Part shown: positions 34,685 to 37,764 of the stretch, one piece after another
Layout: every line of letters begins with the position of its first letter
Position numbering within the stretch: the first letter of the stretch is position 1
From: an uncultured bacterium
GTDB lineage: Bacteria > Planctomycetota > UBA1135
DNA length: 37,764 nucleotides
NCBI GenBank assembly: GCA_964011335.1
Contig: CAXGOF010000001.1
Coordinates: 1 to 37,764, forward strand
Direction: 5' to 3'
Made by a program: the position numbers and the translations under genes
Notes under the pieces: generated by a model
The model's database searches: none
The model's input: the letters and a program-made list of their open reading frames with translations, nothing else
Told to the model about the DNA's origin: nothing

Positions 34685-34712
34685 GGGAAGCTTCTGCTGC
34701 TCGCCAACGTCT
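34685..34712 (+). promoter_or_regulatory. candidate autoregulated ECF-type promoter (GGGAAG-N17-CGTCT)
   Basis: -35-like GGGAAG (34685..34690), a 17-nt spacer, then -10-like CGTCT (34708..34712), which ends 15 nt upstream of the sigma-factor ATG. This resembles the GGAAC-N16/17-CGTC pattern of many ECF promoters. Confidence 0.3.
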
Positions 34713-34727
34713 GTATTATGAAAGCCA

Positions 34728-35294
34728 ATGACACTCTCTAAGCCTACGCCCCAACCGATACCTCGGCAGTCTGCTGAAGACTTATTCGAGTTGTATTCAG
34801 CCAAGATATATGGTTTGGCACTGAAGTGTGGTTTGTCGGCAAAAGACGCTGAAGACGGTGTGCAAGAGGTTTTTATTAAAGTACAGCGTAAGCTCGATAC
34901 CTTTCGTGGAGAATCGGCCTTGTCCACTTGGCTTTATCGAGTGGCCATCAATACTTTACGCGACCATCGACGCAAGGTGACGCGTTACTCGAGGTCTCAG
35001 TCTCTCAATGAATACTCAGATTCGAATGTGGCGCCAGCCTGTAACCGTACTTACTCTAATCCGAGCCTCGATGCCGAACGCAACGAGCGCCGTCTGTTAG
35101 TGCGTAATGCTTTGCAGCAATTACCAGAAAAATTCCGTGAGGTGCTGGTGTTGCGCGAGCTAGAGGGCATGTCCTATCGTGACATTTCTCGCATTCTCGA
35201 AGTGAAGCAGGGGACTATCGAGTCGCGTATTTATCGTGCGCGTACCCGCTTGGCACTAGAAATATCAAATCTTGAAGGTGATCTAAATGATTAA
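34728..35294 (+). CDS. ECF (group 4) RNA polymerase sigma-70 family factor
   Basis: Region 2 (LFELYSAKIYGLAL...WLYRVAINTLRDHRRK) and region 4 (FREVLVLRELEGMSYRDISRILEVKQGTIESRIYRARTRL). Confidence 0.9.
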   Translation: MTLSKPTPQPIPRQSAEDLFELYSAKIYGLALKCGLSAKDAEDGVQEVFIKVQRKLDTFRGESALSTWLYRVAINTLRDHRRKVTRYSRSQSLNEYSDSNVAPACNRTYSNPSLDAERNERRLLVRNALQQLPEKFREVLVLRELEGMSYRDISRILEVKQGTIESRIYRARTRLALEISNLEGDLND

Positions 35295-35706
35295 TAATAA
35301 GCAATGGAAATTACGCACTAGCGCCTGGTTCGATGGCGAATGTTCGGATATTGATTCAGCAGAAGTGCGCTCATATCTGCTCGAAGATAACAGCGCTCGA
35401 CTAGAAGTGCAGCAGTGGCGCGATTTGCGTGCCGATTTACAGTTGTTGCAGCCAGAAGCAGCTAGCGATGGGTGCGTAAAGCGCATGAAAAAACGCTTCC
35501 AAGATGGGCTGTCGCACGAGATTTACACTCACGCAAAGGCGGTACAATGGTTGAATATCGCCGCGGCATTATTGCTTGCGCTAAGCATCGGCGGATGGAT
35601 TGTTGTCAACAGCAAAGCGTCGGGCATTGAAGTTTACGCTCAAGAATCTAATCAGCTTGATCAGGCGATTCACGATTTCTTATCACGCCCAGCGTCTAAC
35701 GATTAA
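35287..35706 (+). CDS. putative single-pass anti-sigma factor
   Basis: Overlaps the sigma-gene stop by 8 nt. The N-terminus SAWFDGEC is RseA-like (LSALMDGE). One TM helix, WLNIAAALLLALSIGGWIVV. The call rests on position and topology. Confidence 0.55.
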   Translation: MINNKQWKLRTSAWFDGECSDIDSAEVRSYLLEDNSARLEVQQWRDLRADLQLLQPEAASDGCVKRMKKRFQDGLSHEIYTHAKAVQWLNIAAALLLALSIGGWIVVNSKASGIEVYAQESNQLDQAIHDFLSRPASND

Positions 35707-36098
35707 TGACGACCTCAGCTTTGCGCTTGTTGGTGCCGTCTTTGCTGATTTTACTGGCCGGATTCGTCGGTGGGGTAGCATGGCAGACTTATACCGGCGG
35801 CGAAAAGACGGTTCGTGGTCTAGATAGCGATCTCGCCAGTTATTTGTCGGCGCTTGGCGGTGTGCTCGATCTCAACGACACCCAGCAGCAAGACTTGAGG
35901 CTAGCTCTTTATTACTACCAACAGCAGCGCGATGATTTGTTCGCTGAAAGTTTGTCGAAGGTCGACGGCCAATGGCTAGAGCTAGACCGGCGATTCGAGT
36001 CGCTGATCTTCAGTAGAGTTCTCAACGAGTCCCAGCGCGTGAAGTTGGCTGATTTAAGACAGCCTCAGCAACTAGATTTTACTACGGTGCAACGTTAA
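35706..36098 (+). CDS. periplasmic LTXXQ-motif (Spy/CpxP-like) protein
   Basis: The start overlaps the anti-sigma stop (TAATG). N-terminal anchor/signal LLVPSLLILLAGFVGGVAW. Two LxxxQ motifs (LNDTQQQDL, LNESQRVKL) in a helical protein. Confidence 0.45.
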   Translation: MTTSALRLLVPSLLILLAGFVGGVAWQTYTGGEKTVRGLDSDLASYLSALGGVLDLNDTQQQDLRLALYYYQQQRDDLFAESLSKVDGQWLELDRRFESLIFSRVLNESQRVKLADLRQPQQLDFTTVQR

Positions 36099-36113
36099 TC
36101 TGATACACAAGTT

Positions 36114-37764
36114 ATGGCAAACAGCCTCGGTATTCATCTTTACTCTCATGGCTTCGATTACGTTGTTCTCGAAGGCACAGCTAAGCGCTATTCCGTTAGT
36201 GATTCTGGCAGCGTTTGCTTTTCGGCAGCCGATGTCAAAGATGTCAAGAATGTGGCAAAGCGCATTGCCGAAACAAGCAAAGGCTTTAAAGGTAATCAAA
36301 TATGTCTAAGTTTGTCTTCGTCTGCGGTTCTAAACCGCGAGCTTGGATTGCCCTTTAACAATCGCGACAAAGTGGCGCAGGTTATTAAATTTGAAGTCGA
36401 ATCTGAGCTTTACCATCTAAATGTTGATGATGTAATAGTAGATTTTTTCGAACTTGATGACGGCCGAGCGACCTCAACGATGTCGGTTAACGCTCTTGAT
36501 AAATCGCGACTGGCTACTGCTCTAGAAATTTGCGAGGCTGCCAGCTTTGATCCCCCAATCGTCGATTTATCGATTGCGTCATTGTTCAATGCTATTAAGG
36601 TTTTGCCTGGAAGTAGTCGGACGGATCACGAAGCTTATCTTCATGTCGGGTCCGAAAGCTCGCAATTGGTTGTGCTGTCAGCTGCAGGTATGGTTAGCGC
36701 AACCCGCACTATCCCACTCGGATGGCTAGAGCTAGCACGCAATTTCGCTGTAAATGACGATGAGGCTACAGTTGCTGATAGTGAAGATCTCGATTCAGAG
36801 GTATTCGACGCTGACGCTGACCCAGCCGATGATTCTGTCGGCGGCTTCGAGCTAGGCGGCGACACTTCCATCCCGTTCGGTAATGATTTTGAAACGGTGA
36901 TGAATAATTGTTCCCACGCCGAACAACAATCTTTTTCTCGAGCTCTTGAATCAGAGTTGCGCCGCGCTCTTACCGCGCTTAATTATGCGGGATCGCCTCT
37001 GTATTTACTCGGTGCGCAAATAGATGGTTTAGCCGATGACTTGTCCGCTGGCTTAAGCATTCAGGTTGCACCACTCGATTTAGGCCTAACGGGACCCAAT
37101 GATTCCGTGCCACATGCGATAGCCTTAGGTGCTGCGTTACGCGCCATTGGCGCCGAATCTCTCGAAATGAATTTCCGCCAAGAAGAGTATCGTTATGCTC
37201 GCGGCGTAGAGAGAATTGAAGGCCCATTAACTTGGGCTATGGTCGGCCTGGTGTTCTACTTTGCATTTGGTATGGCGATTGATATAAAGTTAAGTCAGCA
37301 AATATCAGCAGATACGGCGGTGATGTACAGTCGTGCGCGACAAAAAGTGCAACGCTTGAACGAGCAGGTTGGCAACATCGAAGACTACCCCGATTCGTGG
37401 GTAATCAAAAACGATTTCTCTGCTAACGATGTGCCGCAAGAAGAGCATATCTATCTTTTGAAGCGTTCGGTTGATAAGGCCAAGAAAGATCTCGATCAGC
37501 TAATGGGTGAAGATGAGGTAGAAATGCCGCAATCCTGCCTCGAGGCATGGCGTTTATTAATGAACTACCTCGAAGTTGAGATGGCTGATTATACTGGCAA
37601 ATGGATGATTGAATCCTTCGAATTTACTTCGTTCAATAAATCTGCAAATGAACCAGCGCATGTTGGCGCTAAGTTCGGCATTACTATTTTCCCTGATAGT
37701 AATGGTCAGTTAATTGGCAGATTCGATCGTTTGCAACGTAATTTGCAGGCGCAAGATTTCACCG
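36114..37764 (+). CDS. GspL/PilM-like secretion or pilus assembly platform protein (actin-like cytoplasmic domain, TM helix, periplasmic domain); 3' end outside the window
   Basis: I checked by hand that the frame from the ATG at 36114 is open for 550 codons to the window end; it is not in the ORF track. The cytoplasmic domain carries an acidic insert (DSEDLDSEVFDADADPADD). LNFRQEEYRY precedes the TM helix WAMVGLVFYFAFGMAIDI, as in GspL/PilN-type proteins. Confidence 0.5.
   Translation, partial: MANSLGIHLYSHGFDYVVLEGTAKRYSVSDSGSVCFSAADVKDVKNVAKRIAETSKGFKGNQICLSLSSSAVLNRELGLPFNNRDKVAQVIKFEVESELYHLNVDDVIVDFFELDDGRATSTMSVNALDKSRLATALEICEAASFDPPIVDLSIASLFNAIKVLPGSSRTDHEAYLHVGSESSQLVVLSAAGMVSATRTIPLGWLELARNFAVNDDEATVADSEDLDSEVFDADADPADDSVGGFELGGDTSIPFGNDFETVMNNCSHAEQQSFSRALESELRRALTALNYAGSPLYLLGAQIDGLADDLSAGLSIQVAPLDLGLTGPNDSVPHAIALGAALRAIGAESLEMNFRQEEYRYARGVERIEGPLTWAMVGLVFYFAFGMAIDIKLSQQISADTAVMYSRARQKVQRLNEQVGNIEDYPDSWVIKNDFSANDVPQEEHIYLLKRSVDKAKKDLDQLMGEDEVEMPQSCLEAWRLLMNYLEVEMADYTGKWMIESFEFTSFNKSANEPAHVGAKFGITIFPDSNGQLIGRFDRLQRNLQAQDFT

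Noticed and set aside
1-37764. Search for CRISPR arrays, transposases, integrases, toxin-antitoxin pairs, retron/DGR-type reverse transcriptases, or known defence genes
   Set aside because: I recognised none. Intergenic gaps are short (278 bp at most), and every long ORF has either a housekeeping assignment or a secreted or structural character.

Overview
About 37.8 kb of chromosomal, mostly housekeeping DNA from a bacterium that looks mid-GC by eye. Start codons mostly lack Shine-Dalgarno sequences. Gene content (a DUF1570-like HExxH protein, giant secreted repeat proteins, a GspL/PilM-like platform protein) hints at a marine PVC/Planctomycetota-like lineage, but that is weak inference. I saw no rRNA, CRISPR array, transposase or integrase. 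Confident core genes: SMUG1-type uracil-DNA glycosylase with the start of exonuclease III, a SAM methyltransferase, a MerR regulator with fused isobutyryl-CoA mutase IcmF, msrB, a PQQ-type sugar dehydrogenase with pepE, a TraB/GumN protein, an AI-2E transporter, tRNA-Asn(GTT), accD, rpe, nrdAB with tandem NrdR boxes, gap-pgk followed by a membrane sulfatase-fold enzyme, tilS, ribBA, and an ECF sigma/anti-sigma/LTXXQ operon running into a GspL/PilM-like gene cut by the window end. The main hidden signal is a secreted thioredoxin-fold gene (17490..18512, minus) that the ORF track truncates. Its frame continues upstream through one TGA that sits exactly on the first Cys of the CxxC motif, and a strong hairpin follows the TGA, so I call it a U-x-x-C selenoprotein with a candidate SECIS. 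Other observations: a near-consensus sigma-54 promoter in front of a 1167-aa poly-Gly beta-helix lipoprotein; a divergent 981-aa secreted protein with seven ~55-aa repeats; a ~100-aa C-terminal module shared by that protein and the unrelated sugar dehydrogenase; a two-protease operon; and a MerR-type 19-nt-spacer promoter/operator candidate. All family assignments come from motif recognition by eye. No database search was run.
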